From sequence record MW822011: 64,000 nt of DNA; one strand, written 5' to 3'. Position numbers and translations under genes: made by a program. The stretch's first letter is position 1, and every line of letters begins with the position of its first letter. Source of the DNA: Shigella phage TB004. The notes beneath the pieces were generated by a model. That model was not told the DNA's origin. It made no database searches and saw nothing but the letters and a program-made list of their open reading frames with translations. Below are positions 10,307 through 22,484 of the stretch, in pieces.

Positions 10307-12571
10307 ATGCAATTAATTAATGTTATCAAAAGTAGTGGTGTTTCTCAGAGCTTTGACCCGCAAAAAATTATTAAAGTTTTATCTTGGGCAGCTGAAGGAA
10401 CATCTGTAGATCCTTATGAATTATATGAAAATATTAAATCATATCTCCGTGATGGAATGACCACTGATGACATTCAAACCATTGTAATTAAGGCTGCTGC
10501 GAATTCTATTTCAGTTGAAGAGCCTGATTATCAATATGTAGCTGCACGCTGTTTAATGTTCGCTCTTCGTAAGCATGTTTATGGGCAATATGAACCACGT
10601 TCATTTATTGATCATATTTCTTACTGTGTAAATGAAGGTAAATATGACCCTGAACTGCTGTCAAAATATTCAGCAGAAGAAATTACATTTTTAGAATCAA
10701 AAATTAAGCACGAGCGGGATATGGAATTTACTTATTCCGGGGCGATGCAATTAAAAGAAAAATATCTCGTTAAAGATAAAACCACTGGTCAAATTTATGA
10801 AACTCCGCAGTTTGCATTTATGACTATTGGAATGGCATTGCATCAAGATGAACCTGTTGATAGACTAAAACACGTTATTCGTTTTTATGAAGCGGTATCT
10901 ACTCGACAAATTTCATTGCCAACTCCTATTATGGCTGGTTGCCGTACTCCGACTCGACAGTTTAGTTCATGCGTTGTTATTGAAGCAGGTGATTCATTAA
11001 AGTCTATCAATAAGGCTTCCGCTTCAATTGTTGAATATATCTCCAAACGCGCTGGAATTGGCATTAACGTTGGTATGATTCGTGCCGAAGGTTCTAAGAT
11101 TGGTACAGGTGAAGTACGCCATACTGGTGTTATTCCTTTTTGGAAACATTTTCAGACTGCTGTTAAATCATGCTCACAGGGTGGAATTCGTGGCGGCGCT
11201 GCTACTGCTTATTATCCTATTTGGCATTTGGAAGTTGAAAATCTTCTCGTTTTGAAAAATAACAAAGGCGTAGAAGAAAACCGTATCCGTCATATGGATT
11301 ATGGCGTCCAGCTGAATGATTTGATGATGGAACGTTTTGGAAAGAACGACTACATTACTTTGTTCAGTCCGCATGAAATGGGTGGCGAACTTTATTATTC
11401 TTATTTTAAAGACCAAGATCGTTTCCGTGAATTATACGAAGCCGCAGAAAAAGATCCTAATATTCGTAAAAAGCGTATTAAAGCACGTGAACTGTTTGAA
11501 TTACTCATGACTGAACGTTCAGGAACAGCAAGGATTTATGTGCAGTTCATTGATAATACGAATAACTATACTCCATTTATTCGTGAAAAGGCACCTATTC
11601 GTCAGAGTAACTTGTGCTGTGAAATTGCTATTCCAACAAATGATGTGAATAGTCCTGATGCTGAAATTGGATTGTGCACGTTATCTGCATTTGTGTTGGA
11701 TAACTTCGATTGGCAAGACCAAGATAAAATTAATGAATTAGCAGAAGTTCAAGTTCGTGCTCTTGATAATCTTTTGGATTACCAAGGATATCCAGTTCCT
11801 GAAGCAGAAAAAGCTAAAAAGCGTCGAAACCTTGGCGTAGGTGTTACTAACTATGCAGCTTGGCTGGCAAGTAACTTTGCTTCTTATGAAGATGCTAACG
11901 ATTTAACACATGAACTATTTGAGAGATTACAGTATGGACTCATTAAAGCATCCATTAAGCTCGCCAAAGAAAAAGGACCTTGCGAATATTATTCAGACAC
12001 TCGTTGGTCTCGAGGCGAATTACCTATCGACTGGTACAATAAAAAGATTGACCAAATCGCAGCTCCAAAATACGTTTGTGACTGGTCGTCGCTGCGGGAA
12101 GACCTTAAGCTCTTTGGCATCCGTAATAGCACATTATCAGCACTTATGCCATGTGAGTCATCTTCCCAAGTTTCTAACAGTACAAACGGTATCGAGCCTC
12201 CACGTGGACCAGTCTCGGTTAAAGAATCAAAAGAGGGTTCCTTTAATCAAGTCGTGCCCAATATTGAACATAACATAGACCTATATGATTATACATGGAA
12301 ATTAGCTAAGAAAGGTAATAAACCTTATCTTACGCAAGTAGCTATTATGCTGAAATGGGTATGTCAATCAGCTTCAGCGAATACATATTATGACCCGCAG
12401 ATTTTTCCAAAAGGAAAGGTTCCAATGTCAATAATGATTGATGACCTTTTGTATTTTTGGTATTTTGGCGGAAAAAATTTCTATTATCATAATACCCGCG
12501 ACGGTTCTGGTACTGATGATTATGAAATAGAAACTCCAAAAGCTGAAGATTGTTCATCCTGTAAATTATGA
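10307..12571 (+). CDS. nrdA: Aerobic ribonucleoside-diphosphate reductase, large (alpha) subunit
   Basis: 754 codons from ATG at 10307; MQLINVIKSSGVSQSFDPQKIIKVLSWAAEG...; track ORF starts upstream at 10211. Confidence 0.95.
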   Translation: MQLINVIKSSGVSQSFDPQKIIKVLSWAAEGTSVDPYELYENIKSYLRDGMTTDDIQTIVIKAAANSISVEEPDYQYVAARCLMFALRKHVYGQYEPRSFIDHISYCVNEGKYDPELLSKYSAEEITFLESKIKHERDMEFTYSGAMQLKEKYLVKDKTTGQIYETPQFAFMTIGMALHQDEPVDRLKHVIRFYEAVSTRQISLPTPIMAGCRTPTRQFSSCVVIEAGDSLKSINKASASIVEYISKRAGIGINVGMIRAEGSKIGTGEVRHTGVIPFWKHFQTAVKSCSQGGIRGGAATAYYPIWHLEVENLLVLKNNKGVEENRIRHMDYGVQLNDLMMERFGKNDYITLFSPHEMGGELYYSYFKDQDRFRELYEAAEKDPNIRKKRIKARELFELLMTERSGTARIYVQFIDNTNNYTPFIREKAPIRQSNLCCEIAIPTNDVNSPDAEIGLCTLSAFVLDNFDWQDQDKINELAEVQVRALDNLLDYQGYPVPEAEKAKKRRNLGVGVTNYAAWLASNFASYEDANDLTHELFERLQYGLIKASIKLAKEKGPCEYYSDTRWSRGELPIDWYNKKIDQIAAPKYVCDWSSLREDLKLFGIRNSTLSALMPCESSSQVSNSTNGIEPPRGPVSVKESKEGSFNQVVPNIEHNIDLYDYTWKLAKKGNKPYLTQVAIMLKWVCQSASANTYYDPQIFPKGKVPMSIMIDDLLYFWYFGGKNFYYHNTRDGSGTDDYEIETPKAEDCSSCKL

Positions 12572-12622
12572 TATAATTTGACTCACGGACGAGTCACTAT
12601 CTATTAACTAAGCGGAAAATTT

Positions 12623-13792
12623 ATGAGCACAGTTTTTAATACAAATCCAGTTGATGTTTTAAAAGAACCTATGTTCTTCGGTTCAGGTCTTGGTATTGCG
12701 CGTTATGATATTCAACGGCATAGAGTATTTGAAGAACTTATTGAGAAATCTTTATCATTTTTCTGGCGTCCTGAAGAAGTAAACTTAATGATGGATGCTG
12801 CACAATTTAACAAGCTTCCTCAATATCAGCAAGATATTTTTACTAATAACCTGAAGTATCAATCACTTTTGGATAGCATTCAGGGTCGTGCACCGTCTGC
12901 TGTACTTATGTCATTAATTTCAGACCCAAGCCTTGATACATGGGTTGCTACATGGACTTTTAGTGAAACTATTCACAGTCGTTCATATACTCATATCATG
13001 CGAAATCTTTATACTGATCCATCAAAGGTATTTGATGAGATTGTATTAGATAAAGCTATCATGAAACGCGCTGAATCTATTGGTCGTTATTATGATGACG
13101 TTCTAGTTAAGACTCGTGAATATCAGAATGCGGTTGAAGATTATGAAGGAATTTTATCAGAAGGATTTCGTAAAGAAGAGTTAGGCAAAGTTGTTGAATG
13201 TACTAAACGAGCACTAATGAAATCTCTTTACCTCTGCCTGCATGTAATCAACGCATTGGAAGCTATTCGTTTTTATGTATCTTTCGCATGTACCTTTAAC
13301 TTCCATAAGAACATGGAAATCATGGAAGGTAATGCCAAGATTATGAAGTTCATTGCACGTGATGAGCAGCTTCACCTTAAAGGCACCCAATATATTATTC
13401 GTCAACTTCAATCCGGTACTGATGGCGATGAATGGGTTAAAATTGCTCAAGAGTGTGAACAAGAAGCAGTTGATATTTTCATGGAAGTTAACCGCCAAGA
13501 AAAAGATTGGGCAGTTCATTTATTTAAAGATGGCGATGTTCCTGGATTAAATACAAATAGTATGTGGAGTTTTATTGATTACTTAACTGTATCTCGTATG
13601 AAACAGTGTGGTCTTCCATGCCCAATTACCGATGCTCCGGTTAAACATCCATATCCTTGGATTCGTGAATATCTTAATTCTGATAATGTTCAATCCGCGC
13701 CACAAGAAGTAGAACTGTCATCTTACCTTGTTGCACAGATTGATAATGATGTTGATGATAAAGTTATGATGAGTTTTAAAAAATATTTTTAA
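12623..13792 (+). CDS. nrdB: Aerobic ribonucleoside-diphosphate reductase, small (beta) subunit; uninterrupted (no intron)
   Basis: 389-aa continuous ORF, MSTVFNTNPVDVLKEPMFFGSGLGIARYDIQ...; only a 51-bp gap separates it from nrdA. Confidence 0.93.
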   Translation: MSTVFNTNPVDVLKEPMFFGSGLGIARYDIQRHRVFEELIEKSLSFFWRPEEVNLMMDAAQFNKLPQYQQDIFTNNLKYQSLLDSIQGRAPSAVLMSLISDPSLDTWVATWTFSETIHSRSYTHIMRNLYTDPSKVFDEIVLDKAIMKRAESIGRYYDDVLVKTREYQNAVEDYEGILSEGFRKEELGKVVECTKRALMKSLYLCLHVINALEAIRFYVSFACTFNFHKNMEIMEGNAKIMKFIARDEQLHLKGTQYIIRQLQSGTDGDEWVKIAQECEQEAVDIFMEVNRQEKDWAVHLFKDGDVPGLNTNSMWSFIDYLTVSRMKQCGLPCPITDAPVKHPYPWIREYLNSDNVQSAPQEVELSSYLVAQIDNDVDDKVMMSFKKYF

Positions 13793-13796
13793 GGAG

Positions 13797-13817
13797 TGGG
13801 CCGCAAGGCCCATTTTA
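13797..13817 (+). terminator. Hairpin (TGGGCC-gcaa-GGCCCA) plus T tract after nrdB
   Basis: GC-rich stem, GNRA-type loop, then TTTTATT; overlaps the denA ribosome-binding region. Confidence 0.5.
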
Positions 13818-13819
13818 TT

Positions 13820-15408
<1,589 letters not shown>

Positions 15409-15410
15409 GC

Positions 15411-15466
15411 TGTTTACAAGTCCCTCGTGTTGTGTTATAGTAATCTTACTGACATAACATGAGGAC
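15411..15466 (+). repeat. 56-bp early-promoter cassette, copy 1 (GTTTAC, 17-nt spacer, TATAGT, then a downstream stem-loop/RBS segment); PeSL-like
   Basis: 55 of 56 nt identical to 29670-29725; ends at the alc start. Confidence 0.75.
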
Positions 15467-15469
15467 TTT

Positions 15470-15976
15470 ATGATGGATTTACAGCTTATTACTACTGAAA
15501 TGGTCGTTGAAGCATACGGTGATACTACAGATGGGATTTCTGTATTTAAAGGAAATCGTCGAGTTGGATATATCACCGATCTTAAGAAAGATTTAGCTAA
15601 GCAAGTCAAGCGGAAAACGACCATTAAAGAATATCGAAATCGTCGTCTTGAGCAAGCCCGTGATATGCTTCCTGATGCAGTTGAGGAGATGAAAGTCTTT
15701 TTAGAAAATCAGCTTGCGAAATATGATTGTGATGTGTTCATTAATCAGACTCAACCTAATGTTCATATTAACAACTGTAAATGCTATATCATCGTTAATC
15801 CTTTGACGGGAAAACATCGTCTTGGAATTAGTAATCCAAATCGTAGCGCATCAGATATGGCAGAAGATGTTGAGGCATGCTTTAAAATTTCTAAATCTCC
15901 GGCTGAACATCATATTTTAATTAACGGTCTTTCTCAAGACGATATTGTAGAGGTTATTAAAACTTTATGCAATTAA
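15470..15976 (+). CDS. alc: Alc, host transcription terminator on cytosine-containing DNA
   Basis: 168-aa ORF directly after rnlA, as in T4; size matches Alc (~167 aa). Confidence 0.8.
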   Translation: MMDLQLITTEMVVEAYGDTTDGISVFKGNRRVGYITDLKKDLAKQVKRKTTIKEYRNRRLEQARDMLPDAVEEMKVFLENQLAKYDCDVFINQTQPNVHINNCKCYIIVNPLTGKHRLGISNPNRSASDMAEDVEACFKISKSPAEHHILINGLSQDDIVEVIKTLCN

Positions 15977-16320
15977 GTAATACGACAGCAGGTTTGTTAT
16001 TAATTGTAATTGCATTGGGCGGAACTTCTTTAATTTTAAAAAATAAAATTGAAAGATTAGAAACGTCTGTTGTAGAAATTACAAAAACGGCCAATGAAAA
16101 CGCTTTAGCATTAGATAATTTGCGAATTCAGTATAATTATATTGATGCGATGAATAATAAAAATCGTGAGGCAATTGCTGCTATTGAGCGTGAAAATGAA
16201 AAACTGCGCAAAGATGCAAAGAAGGCGGGTGTGGTGGCTCATAAGCCAGGATTGGTTGAAAAACAAATCAACAACTCCTTCAACAAGTTCGCAGAAGACA
16301 TCCAGGACCTTTCTAAATGA
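15967..16320 (+). CDS. Hypothetical membrane-anchored protein (117 aa)
   Basis: N-terminal hydrophobic segment TAGLLLIVIALGGTSLIL followed by a charged, coiled-coil-like region. Confidence 0.6.
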   Translation: MQLSNTTAGLLLIVIALGGTSLILKNKIERLETSVVEITKTANENALALDNLRIQYNYIDAMNNKNREAIAAIERENEKLRKDAKKAGVVAHKPGLVEKQINNSFNKFAEDIQDLSK

Positions 16321-16616
16321 TTAAACTGTCAGCAGTAATATTATCTATTGGTCTTCTAGTTGGTTGTTCGACAAAGCCTCTAGAAGTAAAGAAAGAAACA
16401 GTTCATCCTAATTGGCCAGTACAAATAAAGTCATACGATGAAGCTAAACTATCTTGGCAAGTTAAAGTTATTGATGGTAAAGCTTGGGTCGGTATGCCAT
16501 TTGAAGATTCCCAGGAATTTCGTATTTGGCTTAATGATGTAAAACGATATGTACATGACCAAAAAACTATGATATGTTATTATCGTCAAGAGCTAAAAGA
16601 GGATAAATGTAAATGA
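16317..16616 (+). CDS. Predicted lipoprotein (99 aa)
   Basis: Signal peptide with lipobox: MIKLSAVILSIGLLVGCSTKP. Confidence 0.6.
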   Translation: MIKLSAVILSIGLLVGCSTKPLEVKKETVHPNWPVQIKSYDEAKLSWQVKVIDGKAWVGMPFEDSQEFRIWLNDVKRYVHDQKTMICYYRQELKEDKCK

Positions 16617-16839
16617 TTTCATGGCATCAATTTGAACATCTCAAAGGATTGATTTATGAATCCGAGATGGCTGCAATGATTTATGGACGCCAGATTCAGC
16701 GATTAGAATCTTTACCTCCAACTAATGATGTTTTATTAGCTCAATCTCGGGCTAATCTTAAAAATGAATATCAAAATAAGTGGGGTAAAGCATCTAAAGA
16801 CCTGTATGATTATATTCAATCATTGGTTGAGAAAAATAA

Positions 16840-16843
<4 letters not shown>
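16613..16843 (+). CDS. Hypothetical protein (76 aa)
   Basis: ORF with overlapping stop/start junctions on both sides. Confidence 0.55.
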
Positions 16844-18064
<1,221 letters not shown>

Positions 18065-18065
<1 letters not shown>

Positions 18066-18262
18066 TGGCTTTGCATCATGAAACTTGGGCTATTGTTATT
18101 GTAAATAGTGGTTTAGTTGGTACTAGTAATGGGCAATTTTGCATATTCACTAGTGAAATCAGAGCTTGGGAGGAATGCCTTAAATTAAGAGAAAAGAATC
18201 CTGATGTTGAACTAACAGTAAAGAAAACTAAACTGCCTTTACCATGGAAAACTTATGAATAA
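18065..18262 (+). CDS. Hypothetical protein (65 aa)
   Basis: Small ORF coupled to the pseT stop. Confidence 0.5.
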
Positions 18263-18455
18263 CATAGAAAAGATTTATCGACTTTGTGATAAAATTGAAA
18301 AAGAAAAGAAATATCTATTTTGTTTATGGCCTATTGTAGATGGAAGAGTAGGCTTAGATGTTCTTGATTATGAAACAGAAGACAAAGTAGATGGTTCAAT
18401 TTTTGATAACGCTTTGGATGTTATTGATTGGCTTGAAGAAAATTATGTGAGGTAA
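18255..18455 (+). CDS. Hypothetical protein (66 aa)
   Basis: Small ORF in the pseT-cd interval. Confidence 0.5.
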   Translation: MNNIEKIYRLCDKIEKEKKYLFCLWPIVDGRVGLDVLDYETEDKVDGSIFDNALDVIDWLEENYVR

Positions 18456-18457
18456 AT

Positions 18458-18733
18458 ATGTTTCCGACTTACTCTAAAATCGTAGAAGTAGTGTTTAGCC
18501 AAATTATCGCTAATAACATGTTTGAAAAGCTTGATAATGCAGCTGAACTTCGAATCCACGCTCAAGTGACTCATGTATTGAACGCTTTGCTTCCAGACCA
18601 AGTGGATTCTATTGCAATTACGCTGTATCCAGGTTCCGCGCATATCATTGTCGTATTTGGTCTTGATGCTGAGTTAGTTATCAAAGGCGATATTCGCTTT
18701 GAATCGCAGACATCAGAATTCAAAGCAATTTAA
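18458..18733 (+). CDS. Hypothetical protein (91 aa)
   Basis: Small ORF in the pseT-cd interval. Confidence 0.5.
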   Translation: MFPTYSKIVEVVFSQIIANNMFEKLDNAAELRIHAQVTHVLNALLPDQVDSIAITLYPGSAHIIVVFGLDAELVIKGDIRFESQTSEFKAI

Positions 18734-18735
18734 TA

Positions 18736-18765
18736 GTTTACTTTAAGGCAGAGTTGTGATATTAT
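18736..18765 (+). promoter_or_regulatory. Early promoter-like element
   Basis: GTTTAC, 17-nt spacer, TATTAT, upstream of ORF 18796. Confidence 0.45.
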
Positions 18766-18795
18766 AGCTCTACCAAAACAAATGAGGAAATTGAA

Positions 18796-19323
18796 ATGAG
18801 CGAATGGTTTGAAGAAGATAAGGTTTATCGCTTTAAAGCTGGATATAAAGATATTTTTAATGAAACCTGCGGGGCTAATAAACGAATTGCCCAGTTTATT
18901 GGGGAAAATTCATTTAAAGTAAAAATAGATCCTGCGAAAAATGTTATTAGCATTAAACGTGAAATTGATGATTGCTGGTATAAAGCTGTTGATGTAATGG
19001 GCGAATCCTATAAAGTTAGCCCGTTATTTTCAATTGCTTATATGTTGGAATATTCTTTTTTCGAAGAAGTTCAAAAAGATGACTCTGTCAGTAAATTTGA
19101 AATTAAAGCTGATAAAGAAATTAAGTGGAAAGTAGTAGGTATTACTGGTTGTATGTTTTATATCTATGCTCAAACTGATACGAAGGAAGAAGCTAAAAAG
19201 AAAGCTCTAGAATATCTCGAAGAGTATGAAGAAGGTCCGGTAATGATTACTCAAGATGCTGAATTAGTTTCTGTCAAATTAGTTAAAAACGTTGAAAGTA
19301 AGGAGCTTGGATCAACATGCTAA
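18796..19323 (+). CDS. Hypothetical protein (175 aa)
   Basis: ORF with GAGGAAA SD and its own upstream promoter-like element. Confidence 0.6.
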   Translation: MSEWFEEDKVYRFKAGYKDIFNETCGANKRIAQFIGENSFKVKIDPAKNVISIKREIDDCWYKAVDVMGESYKVSPLFSIAYMLEYSFFEEVQKDDSVSKFEIKADKEIKWKVVGITGCMFYIYAQTDTKEEAKKKALEYLEEYEEGPVMITQDAELVSVKLVKNVESKELGSTC

Positions 19324-19553
19324 GTGAAAAACCAATTACTGTTAAAGAATTCCAAGAAAAAGTTAAACTATTTGCTCAGGAATTGGTAAATAAAGTTTCT
19401 GAACGATTTCCTGAAACATCGGTTCGTGTTATTACCGAAACTCCTCGTTCAGTATTAGTAATTGTGAATCCAGGTGATGGTGACCAAATAACACATCTCA
19501 AATTGGATTTTGATGGATTAGTTGAAGCGCAAAGGGTGTATGGCGTACTATGA
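19317..19553 (+). CDS. Hypothetical protein (78 aa)
   Basis: Small ORF in the pseT-cd interval. Confidence 0.5.
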   Translation: MLSEKPITVKEFQEKVKLFAQELVNKVSERFPETSVRVITETPRSVLVIVNPGDGDQITHLKLDFDGLVEAQRVYGVL

Positions 19554-19888
19554 TGAATTTAACTGATATAATTGATAATTGTCTTGAAAATGATACTGGC
19601 GATCATAGAGCGCTTGACTCTGAAACAGCACAGTTCATTAGAATAACTTTAATGAATGATACTCTAGTGAATAGCATTCATCCTTCTGTGTATGATGCTA
19701 TTATTGTGACGAAGTATCCAGTTGAGCTTCACAAAAAGATGGCTGGTGCAATTTTTATTGATAAGAAAAACCGCTTTAAAGATGGGCAGAATATAATTAG
19801 TTCTGTTATTAAAAGTATAACTAAACTTCGTCACGAAATTTATCGTGTTGAAACTGCTAAATCTGCTTATCTGGTGATTATGAAATGA
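19550..19888 (+). CDS. Hypothetical protein (112 aa)
   Basis: Small ORF; its stop overlaps the cd start. Confidence 0.55.
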   Translation: MMNLTDIIDNCLENDTGDHRALDSETAQFIRITLMNDTLVNSIHPSVYDAIIVTKYPVELHKKMAGAIFIDKKNRFKDGQNIISSVIKSITKLRHEIYRVETAKSAYLVIMK

Positions 19889-20466
19889 AAGCGAGTACAG
19901 TACTTCAAATTGCATATTTAGTATCACAAGAATCCAAATGTTGCTCCTGGAAGGTAGGAGCAGTAATTGAAAAGAATGGACGTATTATTTCTACCGGATA
20001 TAACGGTTCTCCTGCCGGTGGTGTGAATTGCTGCGATTATGCTGCTGAGCAAGGTTGGTTGCTGAATAAGCCTAAACATACTATCATTCAAGGTCATAAG
20101 CCCGAATGTGTATCATTTGGTTCAACTGATCGTTTTGTTTTGGCGAAAGAACACCGCAGCGCTCACTCTGAATGGTCGTCTAAAAATGAAATTCATGCTG
20201 AACTAAATGCGATTTTGTTTGCTGCACGAAATGGTTCTTCAATTGAAGGTGCTACTATGTATGTAACACTTTCTCCTTGCCCAGATTGTGCAAAAGCGAT
20301 AGCTCAATCTGGAATTAAAAAGTTGGTTTATTGTGAAACATACGATAAAAATAAACCTGGCTGGGATGATATTCTGCGAAATGCGGGTATTGAAGTGTTT
20401 AATGTTCCTAAGAAAAACTTGAATAAGTTAAATTGGGAAAATATCAACGAATTCTGTGGTGAATAA
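19885..20466 (+). CDS. cd: dCMP deaminase
   Basis: 193 aa; zinc-binding deaminase motifs HAELNAI and PCPDCAKAI; MKASTVLQIAYLVSQESKCCSWKVGAVIEKNGRIISTGYNG... Confidence 0.93.
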   Translation: MKASTVLQIAYLVSQESKCCSWKVGAVIEKNGRIISTGYNGSPAGGVNCCDYAAEQGWLLNKPKHTIIQGHKPECVSFGSTDRFVLAKEHRSAHSEWSSKNEIHAELNAILFAARNGSSIEGATMYVTLSPCPDCAKAIAQSGIKKLVYCETYDKNKPGWDDILRNAGIEVFNVPKKNLNKLNWENINEFCGE

Positions 20467-20702
20467 TGAAATTTCGTTTGGTACAACTCACAGCAATTAG
20501 TTCTTATTCTAATGAGAATATTTCATTTGCTGTAGAGTATAAGAAATATTTTTTCTCTAAATGGAAGCAGTATTATAAGTCAGAATGGGTTTGTATTGAT
20601 AAACCGTATAGTTGGAAATCTGATTTAGAAAAATGCCAAAAGTTGCTTTCCACTCTTAAAGAACGTGGAACAACCCATATTAAAACTGTAATAGGTAAAT
20701 AA
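20466..20702 (+). CDS. Hypothetical protein (78 aa)
   Basis: Small ORF between cd and gene 31. Confidence 0.5.
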   Translation: MKFRLVQLTAISSYSNENISFAVEYKKYFFSKWKQYYKSEWVCIDKPYSWKSDLEKCQKLLSTLKERGTTHIKTVIGK

Positions 20703-21011
20703 ATGAAATTGACAACTGAGCAGAAAGTAGCAATTCGTGAAATTTTGAAAACTAAATTGTCCATGGGTATTTCAAACGTGGTTTTTGAAAAGTCTGATGG
20801 TACTATTCGTACTATGAAAGGTACTCGTGATGCAGACTTTATGCCAACCATGCAAACCGGTAAATTGACTGAATCTACTCGGAAAGAATCTACTGATATG
20901 ATTCCAGTATTTGATGTTGAGCTTGGTGCATGGCGAGGTTTTTCTATTGACAAATTGATTTCTGTTAATGGTATGAAAGTTGAGCATTTACTCCAATTTA
21001 TTGGTAAATAA
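20703..21011 (+). CDS. Hypothetical protein (102 aa)
   Basis: Small ORF between cd and gene 31. Confidence 0.55.
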   Translation: MKLTTEQKVAIREILKTKLSMGISNVVFEKSDGTIRTMKGTRDADFMPTMQTGKLTESTRKESTDMIPVFDVELGAWRGFSIDKLISVNGMKVEHLLQFIGK

Positions 21012-21067
21012 ATGCTTTAAGAATTATTTGTTATTATTAATTCATCTGTTAACAAAAAGGAAAAACG

Positions 21068-21403
21068 ATGTCTGAAGTACAACAGCTACCAATTCGTGCT
21101 GTCGGTGAATATGTTATTTTAGTTTCTGAACCTGCACAAGCCGGTGATGAAGAAGTTACAGAATCAGGACTTATTATCGGTAAACGTGTCCAAGGTGAAG
21201 TTCCTGAACTGTGTGTAGTTCACTCTGTTGGTCCTGATGTTCCTGAAGGTTTCTGTGAAGTTGGTGATTTGACTTCTCTTCCAGTTGGTCAAATTCGAAA
21301 CGTTCCGCATCCTTTTGTAGCTCTGGGTCTTAAGCAGCCAAAAGAAATTAAACAAAAATTCGTTACCTGTCACTATAAAGCTATTCCGTGTCTTTATAAG
21401 TGA
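21068..21403 (+). CDS. 31: Co-chaperonin gp31 (GroES analogue needed for capsid protein folding)
   Basis: 111 aa, [51 protein letters not shown]...; matches T4 gp31. Confidence 0.93.
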
Positions 21404-21550
21404 TATAAATAATAATATGAATTGGGTGTCGGAATAATAAGTTAACCGAACGATTCTACGTGGTAGTCTACAACTGAGAGATCTGTCGAAAGAAGATGAA
21501 ATTCAGAAGAACGTGACTACCGAGTTTTAATCTCTAACGAGAATTTTTAA

Positions 21551-21799
21551 ATGATTAAACAATTACAACACGCTCTTGAACTGCAACGAAACGCATGGAA
21601 TAATGGTCACGAAAACTATGGCGCATCTATTGATGTTGAAGCCGAAGCTCTTGAAATCCTGCGTTATTTCAAACATCTGAATCCTGCTCAAACTGCATTA
21701 GCTGCTGAGCTTCAGGAAAAAGATGAACTTAAGTATGCTAAGCCTCTGGCTTCTGCTGCACGAAAAGCAGTTCGTCACTTTGTGGTAACACTGAAATAA
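21551..21799 (+). CDS. rIII: rIII lysis-inhibition accessory protein
   Basis: 82 aa, MIKQLQHALELQRNAWNNGHENYGASIDVEAEALEILRYF...; size and sequence match T4 rIII. Confidence 0.88.
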   Translation: MIKQLQHALELQRNAWNNGHENYGASIDVEAEALEILRYFKHLNPAQTALAAELQEKDELKYAKPLASAARKAVRHFVVTLK

Positions 21800-22197
21800 T
21801 TTATTGGAGATTCACTGCCTTAGTGTGAGCTAAAATCGAGGAGCCATCGAACTGTCTGATTAATGATTTGCGAATCATTATAGTTTTAAGACCCCGGCAG
21901 TTTTATGGTGTACCTCTTGAATGTTATTCTTATAGCGGCAAGTGCATGCTACCCCGAGGTGATGGCCAATCGGGAGTACGCCTCAAGGCCTATATATCCA
22001 TCAGTATATATCTTATCCTCGAGAAATCGAACCCGGAACCTTTAAGCTAACGGTGTGCAACAGATAAGAGCTATAAGGTATGATGACGGGTTTATGGTTA
22101 TCCTGGTCGTTAAATATTCAAAAACCTATGTTCCCCTTGAGGGCTTGCGCAGGCAATGCCAATAAGTCCTGCATTTTCATTTAAAAGAGAATTTATA

Positions 22198-22374
22198 ATG
22201 GCAAAACAAGCTAAAGCAAAGAAAGCAGTTGAAAAGAAAGTTGGTGATTCTAAACGCGCTGGTTACAAGCGTGGGTCGAACTCTCGTATCAATCAAACTG
22301 TTGAGAAGATCATGCGCCGAGCACGTGCGGTTCTTCGAGATGATGCTTCTCGTTTTGGTAAGCAGAAAGCATAA
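22198..22374 (+). CDS. Hypothetical small basic protein (58 aa)
   Basis: MAKQAKAKKAVEKKVGDSKRAGYKRGSNSRINQTVEKIMRRARAVLRDDASRFGKQKA; followed by a strong terminator. Confidence 0.55.
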   Translation: MAKQAKAKKAVEKKVGDSKRAGYKRGSNSRINQTVEKIMRRARAVLRDDASRFGKQKA

Positions 22375-22378
22375 GTTG

Positions 22379-22404
22379 AGGACTCCTTCGGGAGTCCTTT
22401 TTTA
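22379..22404 (+). terminator. Rho-independent terminator (GGACTCC-ttcg-GGAGTCC plus T tract)
   Basis: 7-bp GC-rich stem, UUCG loop, then TTTTTTATTTT. Confidence 0.8.
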
Positions 22405-22427
22405 TTTTCCAAAGATTGCATAAAGTT

Positions 22428-22456
22428 GTTTACAGTATAGTTCATTTGTGATAGTA
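22428..22456 (+). promoter_or_regulatory. Early promoter-like element
   Basis: GTTTAC, 17-nt spacer, -10-like ATAGTAT, upstream of ORF 22485. Confidence 0.5.
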
Positions 22457-22484
22457 TTATCTTACACAAACAAAGGAGAATAAA

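Noticed and set aside
21868-22050. 60-aa ORF inside the GC-rich island
   Set aside because: No ribosome-binding site and an implausible composition; open frames are expected by chance in GC-rich sequence. The region is treated as noncoding.
21881-22160. Possible tRNA gene in the GC-rich island (TCGAACC motif at 22027-22033)
   Set aside because: I could not build a T-arm with matching 5-bp stems, or a matching acceptor stem, on either strand. A cloverleaf is not supported by hand inspection, so a covariance search is still needed.
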